64,000 bases of DNA from Acholeplasmataceae bacterium (lineage in GTDB: Bacteria > Bacillota_I > Bacilli_A > Acholeplasmatales > Acholeplasmataceae): NCBI GenBank assembly GCA_963667565.1, contig OY763415.1:1216001-1280000 (forward strand), given 5' to 3'. Below the pieces are notes generated by a model, which did no database searches, was not told the DNA's origin, and saw only the letters and a list, made by a program, of their open reading frames with translations. Shown piece after piece: positions 50,562 through 60,445 of the stretch. Each line of letters opens with the position of its first letter. Position 1 is the stretch's first letter. Both the position numbers and the translations under genes were made by a program.

Positions 50562-50573
50562 CCCTTATTTTTT

Positions 50574-51554
50574 TTATGCGCTATCTCCAAGACTAATTTC
50601 TACATCAATGACTTTGTTTTCAATTTTTTCTTTTCTGTAATATGCTTCTATCATTTCTCCGATAGATTTTGCTATTTCTTGAATGTTTTGTGAGATAGAT
50701 GTAATAGATTTGCCTAAATTAATAAAACTTCTCCCACCATCAAATCCAATAACTCTCACTTCTTCAGGAACTTTCCTTCCTATTTTTTCTAACTCTAATA
50801 TAACAGTTGCAGCTACTGCATCCGAAATACAAAATATACCATCAACTTCTGGATGTTGATCTATACCTTTGTTAACAAAGTTAGGGATTTCAATATAGTC
50901 ACCTAATGGATAAACAAGATTAACAATATTTTTTATGCCATGTTTTTTTGCATAATCAATAAAGCCATCTCTTCTTTTAGTTACTTCAGATAAAATATTT
51001 GTGTTAACACCTTGTGTGTCATCACCGATATACATAAGATGGTTACAACCCATTTTTATAAGGTGTTCTGCAGCTAATTCACCACCATGATAGTTATCAC
51101 TAGTAACATATGGAATATCTTTATACACTCTATCAAAAGATATAATTGGTAGGTCTTTTCTTAAATACATTTCAATATCATTATTCGTAATAAGTATACA
51201 AGCGTCTACTCTATTGTTTTCAAGCATCTCAAGATACGCTAATTCTTTTTTGATCTCTTGTGAGGAATTACAAAGCATGAGCTTATATCCATATTTATAA
51301 AGTTCTTCTTCGACAAACTGTAGAAGTTCACCAAAAAAAAGATGGTATGAATTAGGAATAATGAATGCTACTATACCATTTTTTTGTTTAATCATACTTC
51401 TTGCTATCTCATTGGACTTATATCCTAATTTTTTGATTGCTTCTTCAATTTTCAATCTTGTTTCTTCTTTTACATAACCACTTTGATTCGTAACTCTAGA
51501 AACTGTACCAATCCCTACACCAGCTTCTTTTGCAACATCTTTAATTGTTGGCAC
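50574..51554 (-). CDS. LacI-family regulator (ScrR-like)
   Basis: TIKDVAKEAGVGIGTVSRV, SDNYHGG, IGFDG; GTG start behind AAGGAG. Confidence 0.93.
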   Translation of the reverse strand: MPTIKDVAKEAGVGIGTVSRVTNQSGYVKEETRLKIEEAIKKLGYKSNEIARSMIKQKNGIVAFIIPNSYHLFFGELLQFVEEELYKYGYKLMLCNSSQEIKKELAYLEMLENNRVDACILITNNDIEMYLRKDLPIISFDRVYKDIPYVTSDNYHGGELAAEHLIKMGCNHLMYIGDDTQGVNTNILSEVTKRRDGFIDYAKKHGIKNIVNLVYPLGDYIEIPNFVNKGIDQHPEVDGIFCISDAVAATVILELEKIGRKVPEEVRVIGFDGGRSFINLGKSITSISQNIQEIAKSIGEMIEAYYRKEKIENKVIDVEISLGDSA

Positions 51555-51653
51555 ATCTTCAACTCCTTTGAGTGTTTGATACTACCATTATATACCAAAT
51601 AAGAACAAATAAAAAGTGAGCCTATGTTAAAGTTGCTCACTTATTAATTAGGA

Positions 51654-53273
51654 TCAAATTTGTTTTAAGATAACTGCTTGATACGGATTTAAATATTTCT
51701 CTAATGAATCACCTGTTTCACTATTAAATACTAATTTACCTTGTAAATTGATCTTTTGTTTTCTGCGACTTAGATTCACTGCAATACATAGTGTTTCTTC
51801 ATGAGTATAGCGTTTAAAAACCATCAGTTTATTCGTTATTTTATAAATTTCAAATTTTCCTTCACGTAATGTTTTAGAGTTTTGACGATATTTAATCATA
51901 TCCTTATAAAAATTCAGTATGGAATCAGAATCATTTTTTTGTTGCTCTATATTAATATACGAAAAATTATTTACTGGTTTTAACCAAGGCTTATGGTTTG
52001 AAAAACCCGCATATTTGGATGAATTCCATTGCATCGGTGTTCTTGCGTTATCGCGAGAAATCCTTGAAATAAAGAACCATCTAAGTCTTTTGGGGACTCG
52101 TTTTTTATTCAATAATGTATCTAAGCGTTTTGATTCAACATCCTGAGTTTCATTAATATCTTTATAGTCAAAATTAGTCATACCGATTTCTTGGCCTTGA
52201 TAAATGAATGGTGTTCCTTTCAATGTTAACAATAACAATGCTAAAGATTTAGCTGATTGTTTCCAATATTTTTTTACGTCACCAAATTGTGAAACGCTTC
52301 TAATTAAGTCATGATTTTCAAAAAATAGAACATTCCAATCTAATATATTTTGATATTTAACAAGTGCTTTATAAAATTTTTTAGGTTTAAATTTTACTCT
52401 AATCCAGCGATACTTGTAATTAGTTTGAGTGTGTTCAAATGTAAATAAGGTATCAAGTTCTTCTCTTTGATGATCACAATACAGTTTGGCTTCTTCAGGA
52501 GATGTAAATCCCGCTTCTCCTACTGTAAAATAATCTCCTTCGCTAAGTACTTCTTTATAAATATCATTCAATATTTTATGATTACCTTCTTGATTTAAAT
52601 AATGTTCTTGACCTCTAAATATATGCTTTTTATCTCCCTGCTCTAGTGTTGTTTTATAAATAAGATTAATCGCATCATATCTAAAACCTGCAATCCCTTT
52701 ATTCAACCAAAAGCGCATAACATTTTTTATTTCTTCTACAACTCGCTCATTTTTAAAATTCAAATCGGGTTGTTCAACAGCAAATAAATGCAAATAATAC
52801 TGTTTTCTAATTTCATCAAATTCCCAAGCAGACCCTGTAAAAATTGAAGTCCAATTATTAGGTTCCTTTCCATTAACTGGATCTTCCCATATATAATAAT
52901 CTGTATATGGCTCGATTTTTAAGCGACTTTTTTCAAACCATTCATGTTGATTGCTGGTGTGGTTCATCACTAAGTCCATAATGATTTTGATGTTGCGTTT
53001 TTGTGCTTGAAAAATTAGTTCATCCATATCATCTAATGTTCCATACATTGGATCTATATCTTTATAATCTGAAATATCATATCCGTAGTCTTTTTGTGGA
53101 GATTTAAATACTGGCGATAGCCAAATCAATTTAATACCCAAATCCTTTAAGTAATCAAGCTTTGAAATGATTCCTTTAATATCACCAATACCATCATCAT
53201 TAGAATCTTTAAAACTTCTTGGGTATATTTGATATGCAACTTCATTCATCCACCATTTATTCATTATCGTCAC
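51654..53273 (-). CDS. GH13_31 alpha-glucosidase
   Basis: YQIYPRSF, DYGYDISDY, NHTS, QPDLN, GFRYDAIN, VGE, ENHD, RDNARTPMQW. Confidence 0.92.
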   Translation of the reverse strand: MTIMNKWWMNEVAYQIYPRSFKDSNDDGIGDIKGIISKLDYLKDLGIKLIWLSPVFKSPQKDYGYDISDYKDIDPMYGTLDDMDELIFQAQKRNIKIIMDLVMNHTSNQHEWFEKSRLKIEPYTDYYIWEDPVNGKEPNNWTSIFTGSAWEFDEIRKQYYLHLFAVEQPDLNFKNERVVEEIKNVMRFWLNKGIAGFRYDAINLIYKTTLEQGDKKHIFRGQEHYLNQEGNHKILNDIYKEVLSEGDYFTVGEAGFTSPEEAKLYCDHQREELDTLFTFEHTQTNYKYRWIRVKFKPKKFYKALVKYQNILDWNVLFFENHDLIRSVSQFGDVKKYWKQSAKSLALLLLTLKGTPFIYQGQEIGMTNFDYKDINETQDVESKRLDTLLNKKRVPKRLRWFFISRISRDNARTPMQWNSSKYAGFSNHKPWLKPVNNFSYINIEQQKNDSDSILNFYKDMIKYRQNSKTLREGKFEIYKITNKLMVFKRYTHEETLCIAVNLSRRKQKINLQGKLVFNSETGDSLEKYLNPYQAVILKQI

Positions 53274-53343
53274 TTCACTTTCTTTTTTTATTATAACAAC
53301 ATTAAATAAATATTAGCAATGTCAAAATGAATAGATATGAATA

Positions 53344-53387
53344 AAAAGCACTTCCATACAAAATTAATGATATGGAAGTGCTTTTTA
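53344..53387 (-). terminator. Terminator after purine nucleoside phosphorylase
   Basis: AAAAGCACTTCCATA...TATGGAAGTGCTTTT. Confidence 0.75.
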
Positions 53388-53407
53388 TTTGTTGAAAACT
53401 ATTTTAA

Positions 53408-54217
53408 TTACATGCCTAAGTATTCTTTTAACATTGCAGTCAATCTAATTCCTGCTTCATTTGCCATTTTAACTACATGTTTGTGATCATGTTTTTTTGT
53501 TTGAATACCTGTAGCCATATTTGTAATTACAGCAATACCTAGAACACTTAATCCGGCATGGTTTGCTGCAATCGTTTCTGGTACAGTACTCATGCCTACA
53601 GCATCTGCACCCATCGTTTTAATCATTTTGATTTCTGCTTTGGTTTCATAATATGGACCCATAAAGCCAGCATAAACGCCTTCTTTAATGTCAATGTTTA
53701 AATTATGCGCAATTTCTTTCATCTTGTTTCTTGAATCTACGCTATATGGTTCAGTCATATCAGGAAATCTCACGCCTAATCTTTCATCATTTTCACCTAT
53801 AAGAGGATTGGTGCCCATAAGGTTAATGAAATCTTCAATGAGCATTATATCTCCAGGTTCAAAATCAAGATTGATTCCTCCACATGCATTTGTGATAATG
53901 ACTTCTTCTACACCTAATGTTTTCATGACATAGATAGGTAATGTGATTTGTTTTTGAGTAAATCCTTCATAGTGATGAAATCTACCAGCCATCACCATAA
54001 GTGTCTTATGTCCATATGTTCCAAAAATGAGACTCCCCTTATGACCTTCCAAAGATGAAGTAGGAAAATGAGGAATATCTTTAAACGAAATTTCATATTT
54101 ATCTTCAATTAAATCAACAATCCCACTTAATCCCGATCCTAAGATTAAGCCAATGGTTGGTGTTTGCGTATATTTTGATTTTAAAAACTGAGCTGTTTCT
54201 AATATTTGATCATACAT
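53408..54217 (-). CDS. punA: Purine nucleoside phosphorylase (trimeric type)
   Basis: ILGSGL, GHKG, GRFHHYEG, TNACGG, GPYYETKAE, VGMSTVPE, ITNMA. Confidence 0.93.
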   Translation of the reverse strand: MYDQILETAQFLKSKYTQTPTIGLILGSGLSGIVDLIEDKYEISFKDIPHFPTSSLEGHKGSLIFGTYGHKTLMVMAGRFHHYEGFTQKQITLPIYVMKTLGVEEVIITNACGGINLDFEPGDIMLIEDFINLMGTNPLIGENDERLGVRFPDMTEPYSVDSRNKMKEIAHNLNIDIKEGVYAGFMGPYYETKAEIKMIKTMGADAVGMSTVPETIAANHAGLSVLGIAVITNMATGIQTKKHDHKHVVKMANEAGIRLTAMLKEYLGM

Positions 54218-54229
54218 AAATAAACTCCT

Positions 54230-56824
54230 TTATTGATAACTTAAGCCAAATCCAAATGGGAATAAATAATCTTCTTCTTTATATCCACTCGTATTTGAAT
54301 TTGTCCCAAATTGTGATGCATTCATGTACCAAACAAATGGTGTTTTACCTGTAAAATCAAAGTCACCTAGTAAGACATCTGCAATACCATGTCCTGCTTC
54401 ACTTCCTGGTAACCATGCAGCAACAAATGAATCAAAATAAGGTAAGACACTGTTAATTAATAATGGTCTACCTGATAATAATATACCTACGACATTTTTG
54501 CCATCATTGTGTGCATTTTCTGCAATCGTTAATGCACTAGCATTATCTGGATGTGCATTTCTTCCACGAATGATATCAAGTGATGGATCATCTCCATATC
54601 CTTCTGCATATGGTGTTTCAGCAAAAACAACAATCACAGTGTCAGCATAATTTGTATTTGATACTAACGATCCAGAAGTATTTGCTAGAGCTTCTTCAAA
54701 CCCTTCCTTAATCGTCGTTGATCTTACTTCTTTTTCATATTGTGAAGCACCAAGAGCATCATTTGAACTTGGGTCAACAACACCTTGCCATCCTAAAGAC
54801 CATCCACCTAACTGTAAGCCGAAATTATCAGCTCCAGGTCCTACAATCGCAATATTCTCAGTTTTAGTCAGTGGTAAAGATTGATTTTCATTTTTTAGTA
54901 AAACAAGGGATTCTCTGACTGCTTGTCTTGCAATGTCTAAATGTTCTTGATTTGCTAAAAGCTCGGGTTTATATCTAAACAAATCGTTATCGAATAATCC
55001 ATTCTTATATTTAACAGTTAATATTCTATAAACAGCATCATCAATTCTTGATTCTAAAATATCACCTTGGCTTACTGCTTGCAAAATACTGTTATATGCA
55101 TTTTTCCAATCTGATGGTTCCATGAGCATATCGACACCTGCATTGACCGATTGAACCACTTGATCATAATATGAACCTGGTAATTGGTGAATGGCATTAT
55201 AATCAGAAATAATAAAGCCATTAAATCCTAATTCATCTTTTAGTACATCTTGAATCCAATATGTATTTCCATGCATTTTGGCACCTAAAATAGATGAATA
55301 TGAAATCATAATAGTTTGAACATCAGCATCGATTGCTTCTAAATATGGTGCTAAAAACAACGATCTAATTTGTGCTTCTGTCATATTAACATCACCTTGA
55401 TCAATACCACCAGTTGTTCCGCCATCGCCAATATAATGTTTAGCAGTTGCTGCTAAACCATGAGATTGTAAGCCTTCAACATACGATTTTGTTAAACCAG
55501 TTACAAGTGCAGTGTTTTCACTGAAAGACTCATAAGTTCTTCCCCATCTTGCGTCTTGAACAACACTTACAGAAGGTGCAAATGTCCAAGATATACCAGT
55601 AAGTCTAGTTTCTTCTGCGACAACTTGTCCAATGGATTGCATAAGTTCAGGATTGTTTGCTGCACCTAATCCAATATTATGTGGAAACAATGTTGCATCA
55701 AGTAAATTATTATTACCATGAACTGAATCTGTACCAAAAATCATTGGGATTTCTGATGAACTATTTTGAGCACCTAATTGATAAAGTAAATACATATTAT
55801 ACCAATCACTTACTGCATCACCAGGTATAGATCCACCTGCGTTTAAAACTGAACCTAAATTATAATTTTTCACATCATCAGGTGTTACACTTCCTCTTTC
55901 ACCTTGAATCATTTGTCCTACTTTTTCTGCTAATGTCATCGTTGACATTTTTTGATAAACAAACGAATCCATTTGATCAAGATTAGGTGCTATCCATGAT
56001 AATGATCCTTCATTATCATCATGAATAACTTCGCTAGATTCTACAACCTTTATGGATTGTATATAAACTTTGCCTAACTGACTTTCACTGATGTTTCCTA
56101 AAAAAATGTTAAGCTTACCACCATATAAATCAGAACTCGCTAAAAATGAACCTGTATATGTTTGATAATCTTCATTTAGTGTGAATAAATCATCACTTAA
56201 GCGATTATGATTATTATCTTCAAATGCTACACCAATATCTCTCCCGTTTGTAACATCGGTTTTAGCAACAATTGTGAATGTATATCTATTTTGTGACTTA
56301 AATTCAAAACCTTGATAACCAACATATGCATACCAGTCAACAGTTGATGGTGCAATAACATCAACAACTAAATTTGTCTTATGATCGATGGTTTCGTAAT
56401 CAATTGACATATAACTCTCGCCATAAGTATAAAATGAAGGTCCATCACTCATGTAATGTGTAAAATCAAAACCTTCTACATAATCAGAAGGTAGTACAGT
56501 GACACTGATGCTTTCTGAATATCTTTGATCAGTATTTGATACATATAAAAAGATAACATCATAAACACCTTCTGTTGTAAGAAGATTGTTTTCATTAGGA
56601 ATCGTTGATGTAATCATGTCATCAGTAATTTCTACGATTTGATTTTCTTCATCTTCTAGTAAAAACCATGTCTTTAAATCTGGATAGGCATCCCCAACAT
56701 AAAGCTGATTTGTTGCTTCTGCCGTTAATGATACTTGATACGTATGAGTAACTACTTCTTGATTACACGCACTAAGTGCAAATAGAATCATTAACATCAT
56801 CGTCAAAGTTGTAATTTTTTTCAT
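54230..56824 (-). CDS. Lipoprotein GH3 beta-glucosidase / exo-glucanase with Ig-like and CBM4-like modules
   Basis: Lipobox LSAC; EKVGQMIQ, DSVHG, RWGRTYES, KHYIGDG, ISDY, AETPYAEG, AAWLPG, PFGFGLSY. Confidence 0.88.
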   Translation of the reverse strand: MKKITTLTMMLMILFALSACNQEVVTHTYQVSLTAEATNQLYVGDAYPDLKTWFLLEDEENQIVEITDDMITSTIPNENNLLTTEGVYDVIFLYVSNTDQRYSESISVTVLPSDYVEGFDFTHYMSDGPSFYTYGESYMSIDYETIDHKTNLVVDVIAPSTVDWYAYVGYQGFEFKSQNRYTFTIVAKTDVTNGRDIGVAFEDNNHNRLSDDLFTLNEDYQTYTGSFLASSDLYGGKLNIFLGNISESQLGKVYIQSIKVVESSEVIHDDNEGSLSWIAPNLDQMDSFVYQKMSTMTLAEKVGQMIQGERGSVTPDDVKNYNLGSVLNAGGSIPGDAVSDWYNMYLLYQLGAQNSSSEIPMIFGTDSVHGNNNLLDATLFPHNIGLGAANNPELMQSIGQVVAEETRLTGISWTFAPSVSVVQDARWGRTYESFSENTALVTGLTKSYVEGLQSHGLAATAKHYIGDGGTTGGIDQGDVNMTEAQIRSLFLAPYLEAIDADVQTIMISYSSILGAKMHGNTYWIQDVLKDELGFNGFIISDYNAIHQLPGSYYDQVVQSVNAGVDMLMEPSDWKNAYNSILQAVSQGDILESRIDDAVYRILTVKYKNGLFDNDLFRYKPELLANQEHLDIARQAVRESLVLLKNENQSLPLTKTENIAIVGPGADNFGLQLGGWSLGWQGVVDPSSNDALGASQYEKEVRSTTIKEGFEEALANTSGSLVSNTNYADTVIVVFAETPYAEGYGDDPSLDIIRGRNAHPDNASALTIAENAHNDGKNVVGILLSGRPLLINSVLPYFDSFVAAWLPGSEAGHGIADVLLGDFDFTGKTPFVWYMNASQFGTNSNTSGYKEEDYLFPFGFGLSYQ

Positions 56825-56832
56825 TTTTTCCT

Positions 56833-57195
56833 CTACTTTGTAAGTGAAGCTTGAAATATGGATTTAAGTAAAGCTTCATCTATTTTTTTATCATAATAAA
56901 GTTGCAATGTCATTTTTTCCGTGACCTTATATGATGTAAGAACTTTTAAATGTGATTCAATACCTTTGGCAAAAATATTAACATGATCTTTAAAAAAGAA
57001 CATCATGATTGAAGTTGTAAGCTTATGAAATGAGTTTATGCCTTCTTGAGAAACATAAAAAAACGGATGATTCACAAAAATCATTTCCTTAACATCACTC
57101 ACACTTTGATGCACTAAAGATCTTAATGTATTTGCAACTACTTTGCCTTCTTCATTGAGCGATCCAATATATTGATCAATGGATGTATATTTCAT
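56833..57195 (-). CDS. DUF1801 (YdhG-like) protein
   Basis: SIDQYI..LRSLVHQ..KEMI..PFF..FKDHV..TLQL pattern. Confidence 0.65.
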   Translation of the reverse strand: MKYTSIDQYIGSLNEEGKVVANTLRSLVHQSVSDVKEMIFVNHPFFYVSQEGINSFHKLTTSIMMFFFKDHVNIFAKGIESHLKVLTSYKVTEKMTLQLYYDKKIDEALLKSIFQASLTK

Positions 57196-57203
57196 ATCAT
57201 CAC

Positions 57204-57554
57204 TTATCCTCTTGGGTCAGTGATATGCCATAAAACTCCAGCTGGATCTAATAAATGGAATGTTGTTCCATAATGTACTTTCATCAATTCTGTGTGTTTT
57301 ATCATCTGATATTTACTCTTTATTGATTTAACATGTTCCAAAAATGCATTTACATCATCAGTGTATAACTGAATCATCGTATTCTCTGCCCATGCTTTTT
57401 CATAAGCTTTTTGAATGAAAAAACTCACTTTATCTTTTTTAAATAAAGTTAATGAATCATCTTCATATGCAATTTCAAATCCTAGATCAATATAAAATTG
57501 CTTGGATATTTCAAAATCTATTGTTGGAATAAATGGTTGTATCATTGATAGCAT
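57204..57554 (-). CDS. VOC/glyoxalase-family protein
   Basis: PFIPTIDFEISKQFYIDLGF, FHLLDPAGVLWHI. Confidence 0.85.
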   Translation of the reverse strand: MLSMIQPFIPTIDFEISKQFYIDLGFEIAYEDDSLTLFKKDKVSFFIQKAYEKAWAENTMIQLYTDDVNAFLEHVKSIKSKYQMIKHTELMKVHYGTTFHLLDPAGVLWHITDPRG

Positions 57555-57574
57555 GTTTGTTCTCCTTTATGATA

Positions 57575-58306
57575 TTAAATAGTTTTAGTAAATATATCAT
57601 CTGTTCCTAAAACAAATGATTTTAACAGATCTGCAAGATGCGTATCTTCTGTTTCTCGAAGTCTGATAAAGGCCATAACTGGAATTGCTTTAATAATTTT
57701 ATCTAATACATATCCTTTTGACAACATTGCATCCAAATATGGTTTAGAAAAATCATTTGCATATAATCTAAAAATAATGTACGTACTGGCAATATCCATA
57801 ACTGGATTACCTAATTTGGCATTCGTCCAATCAATAATATAGGGTATGTCTTTGTGATAGACAATATTTTCTGGATGAAAATCAAAATGACATAGATGAT
57901 AAGTTTTTTCAATATTATCTATAGATTGTAATGCATGTTTTTTTAATGTTTCATCTAATTGAGATGTTTTTATTTGATATGCAAATGTTTCATATGAGTC
58001 TGCTAGTTTTAAATGTTCATATGACACATATTCAGTTTGTAAATTGATAAAATCTAAAAATCCTTGTTGATAATTATCGTTGATGATTCGATCTGCAAGA
58101 TTCTTTCCATTGAGTAAGGTCATTTGAATCATGCCATCTACTATTTTATATTCTGCAACATTTAATTTGGTATGTTGATAAATCTCATTTTGAATTGCAA
58201 CTTCAAATTTCATATTGTCTAAACTGTAACCTTCTTTGTATTTCTTATATGCAAATTGCCCATCTGTATATACAACAGCTGATATACCTTCTCCCAATTT
58301 ATCCAT
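57575..58306 (-). CDS. Aminoglycoside/choline phosphotransferase (APH) family protein
   Basis: LGEG, LCHFDFHPEN, IIDW, DIA. Start moved to ATG 58306 behind GGAGG. Confidence 0.8.
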   Translation of the reverse strand: MDKLGEGISAVVYTDGQFAYKKYKEGYSLDNMKFEVAIQNEIYQHTKLNVAEYKIVDGMIQMTLLNGKNLADRIINDNYQQGFLDFINLQTEYVSYEHLKLADSYETFAYQIKTSQLDETLKKHALQSIDNIEKTYHLCHFDFHPENIVYHKDIPYIIDWTNAKLGNPVMDIASTYIIFRLYANDFSKPYLDAMLSKGYVLDKIIKAIPVMAFIRLRETEDTHLADLLKSFVLGTDDIFTKTI

Positions 58307-58326
58307 TTTTTCCTCCATATAAACGA

Positions 58327-59442
58327 TTATTTTAATACTAACAGTACGATATTTTCTATATGCTCTGTGTATGAAAACATATCAACTGGTTGTATGTCTT
58401 TTATCTCATACATATGTAGTAAACTTTTTAAATCTCTAACTTGCGTTTCAACATAACATGATATATATACTATGCGTTTAGGTTTTAGTTTTTTAACTGC
58501 ATTTAAAAACTTTAGCGTAGCTCCAACTCTTGCAGGATCAAGAATAAGGACATCAATTTTCCCTTGATACTGTTCCATGTATTTTTCAACATCTTCATTG
58601 TAAAATTTTACATTTTGTATGTGATTTTGTTTAGCATTGATCATGGCATCTTTAACAGCGCTTTGATTGATTTCAACACCAATCACTTCTTTAGCTTGTT
58701 TGGCTGCAAGTAATGAGATTGTCCCAATCCCTGAATAACAATCCATGACTATATCATGATTTGAAATGTTTGCTTGATTAATCGCGTATTCATATAATTT
58801 AATCATTTGATTAGGATTTACTTGATAAAACGATTTAGCTGATAATCTAAATCTTAAACCATCAAATCCATCTTCAATATAACCAGGACCATAAATGATT
58901 TTTTCTTCTCCATATAAAACAATAGGTGTGTGTTTGTTTTGTACCATTTGAATTGCTGTTTTTAATGATTCATGTTCTTTTCTAATGTCATTAACGATAT
59001 GTTTAGCATTTGGGAATAAATTCCCATGTGTAACAAAGACTAAAAGCATATCTTTATTCAAAAATGATTTTCTAATGAGTACATGTTTTATAATACCTTG
59101 TCGTTTTTTTATATCATATGCACTGATTTTATATTGGTTTAACACTTTTTCTATTGTTTGTAATAATTCATTTATTTTATCATCATGAATAAAACTTGAA
59201 AAACCAGGATCAATGTCATGAGTGTTCTCTATAAACATACCTAATCTTAGCTTAGGTCTTTTATCCATAAAAACAGTTGTTGCACTTGCAGTGACTTTAT
59301 GTCTGTAGTGCTGTTCTTGATCATTTTTGATAATCTCATTAATTGGATGTTTAATATTTGATTCACTAAAAACACTTAAGACATGACTTTGTTTAAGTTG
59401 TAATTGTTTTATATATGGTATTTGTTTATAAGTTTGATTCAT
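58327..59442 (-). CDS. rlmD: 23S rRNA m5U1939 methyltransferase RlmD-like, lacking TRAM domain
   Basis: YRHK, SFYQVN, DCYSGIGTI, LDPARVG, YISC, VDMFSYTEHIE. Start moved to ATG 59442. Confidence 0.85.
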   Translation of the reverse strand: MNQTYKQIPYIKQLQLKQSHVLSVFSESNIKHPINEIIKNDQEQHYRHKVTASATTVFMDKRPKLRLGMFIENTHDIDPGFSSFIHDDKINELLQTIEKVLNQYKISAYDIKKRQGIIKHVLIRKSFLNKDMLLVFVTHGNLFPNAKHIVNDIRKEHESLKTAIQMVQNKHTPIVLYGEEKIIYGPGYIEDGFDGLRFRLSAKSFYQVNPNQMIKLYEYAINQANISNHDIVMDCYSGIGTISLLAAKQAKEVIGVEINQSAVKDAMINAKQNHIQNVKFYNEDVEKYMEQYQGKIDVLILDPARVGATLKFLNAVKKLKPKRIVYISCYVETQVRDLKSLLHMYEIKDIQPVDMFSYTEHIENIVLLVLK

Positions 59443-59601
59443 ACGTTCACCTAAGTTTTTTGATATATTTATTTTATCATGAAATGATAACAACCATCAC
59501 ATTTAACCTCCATACCTTATTCATATCAATATTATGGATGTAAATTATTTCAATTTTAGTAAGAAATGTATTAAAATAGATGTAAACTTAGGAGGTTTAT
59601 T

Positions 59602-60393
59602 ATGGAACAAAATGCTTTAGTTAAATTACGTCGTTTTAATCTAATTATGGGTGGGCTTCACTTCATCCAAGGTGTATTGATGCTAATTCTTGCAACTACA
59701 GTTATTCAAAAGATTGCAGAATTTCAACCAGTAATTACCATTAACTTTTTGGAGTTCAATTTTGATACTCAATCATTAGAACCGGCTTCAAGAGCATTAT
59801 TCACATTACCTTTTGGTATCCTTGTAGCGAGCTTCTTATTGCTTTCTGCACTCGCACATGCTCTCATCTCAATCCCAAAGAAAACGAATGAGATTTATGT
59901 GGCTGATCTAAAAAAAGGAATCAATCGATTTAGATGGTTTGAATATGGACTTAGTTCATCAGTAATGATCGTTTTAATTTCAACACTTTTTGGTATTTAT
60001 GACATTGCATCACTTGCTTTAATCTTCATTCTAAACTTTAGTATGAATATGTTTGGATTACTTATGGAACAAGTCAATGCCAATAAAGATGATGGCAAAA
60101 TTAAATGGGGTTCATTTATATGGGGCTCTATTGCAGGTGTTGGTCCATGGGTAGCAATTCTACTTTACATGTTTGGTACTGGTAATTTCGATATGGTACC
60201 TTGGTTTGTATGGGCAATCGTTGGAACATACTTTGTTGCATTTAATACTTTCCCAGTGAATATGGTTCTACAATACAAAAAAGTTGGCAAATGGAAAGAT
60301 TATTTATATGGTGAACGTGTTTATATCATTTTAAGTTTAGTTGCTAAAACTTTCTTAGCTTGGCTAGTATTGTTTGGTGCAATGCAACCTTAA
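59602..60393 (+). CDS. Heliorhodopsin
   Basis: 7 TM; LHFIQ (H20,Q23), SALAH (S82,H86), RWFEYGLSSS (R111,E114), GERVYIILSLVAK (retinal Lys249); RBS AGGAGG. Confidence 0.95.
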   Translation: MEQNALVKLRRFNLIMGGLHFIQGVLMLILATTVIQKIAEFQPVITINFLEFNFDTQSLEPASRALFTLPFGILVASFLLLSALAHALISIPKKTNEIYVADLKKGINRFRWFEYGLSSSVMIVLISTLFGIYDIASLALIFILNFSMNMFGLLMEQVNANKDDGKIKWGSFIWGSIAGVGPWVAILLYMFGTGNFDMVPWFVWAIVGTYFVAFNTFPVNMVLQYKKVGKWKDYLYGERVYIILSLVAKTFLAWLVLFGAMQP

Positions 60394-60414
60394 TCCTTTC
60401 ATAATCAAATGCAT

Positions 60415-60443
60415 AAAAAAATAGGCAAATCTTGCCTATTTTA
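60415..60443. terminator. Bidirectional terminator between heliorhodopsin and the YwaF-like gene
   Basis: AAAATAGGCAA-ATC-TTGCCTATTTT. Confidence 0.75.
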
Positions 60444-60445
60444 TT

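Noticed and set aside
57575..58306. Aminoglycoside resistance gene
   Set aside because: Only the generic APH/choline-kinase fold is evident; the substrate cannot be assigned and there is no mobile context.
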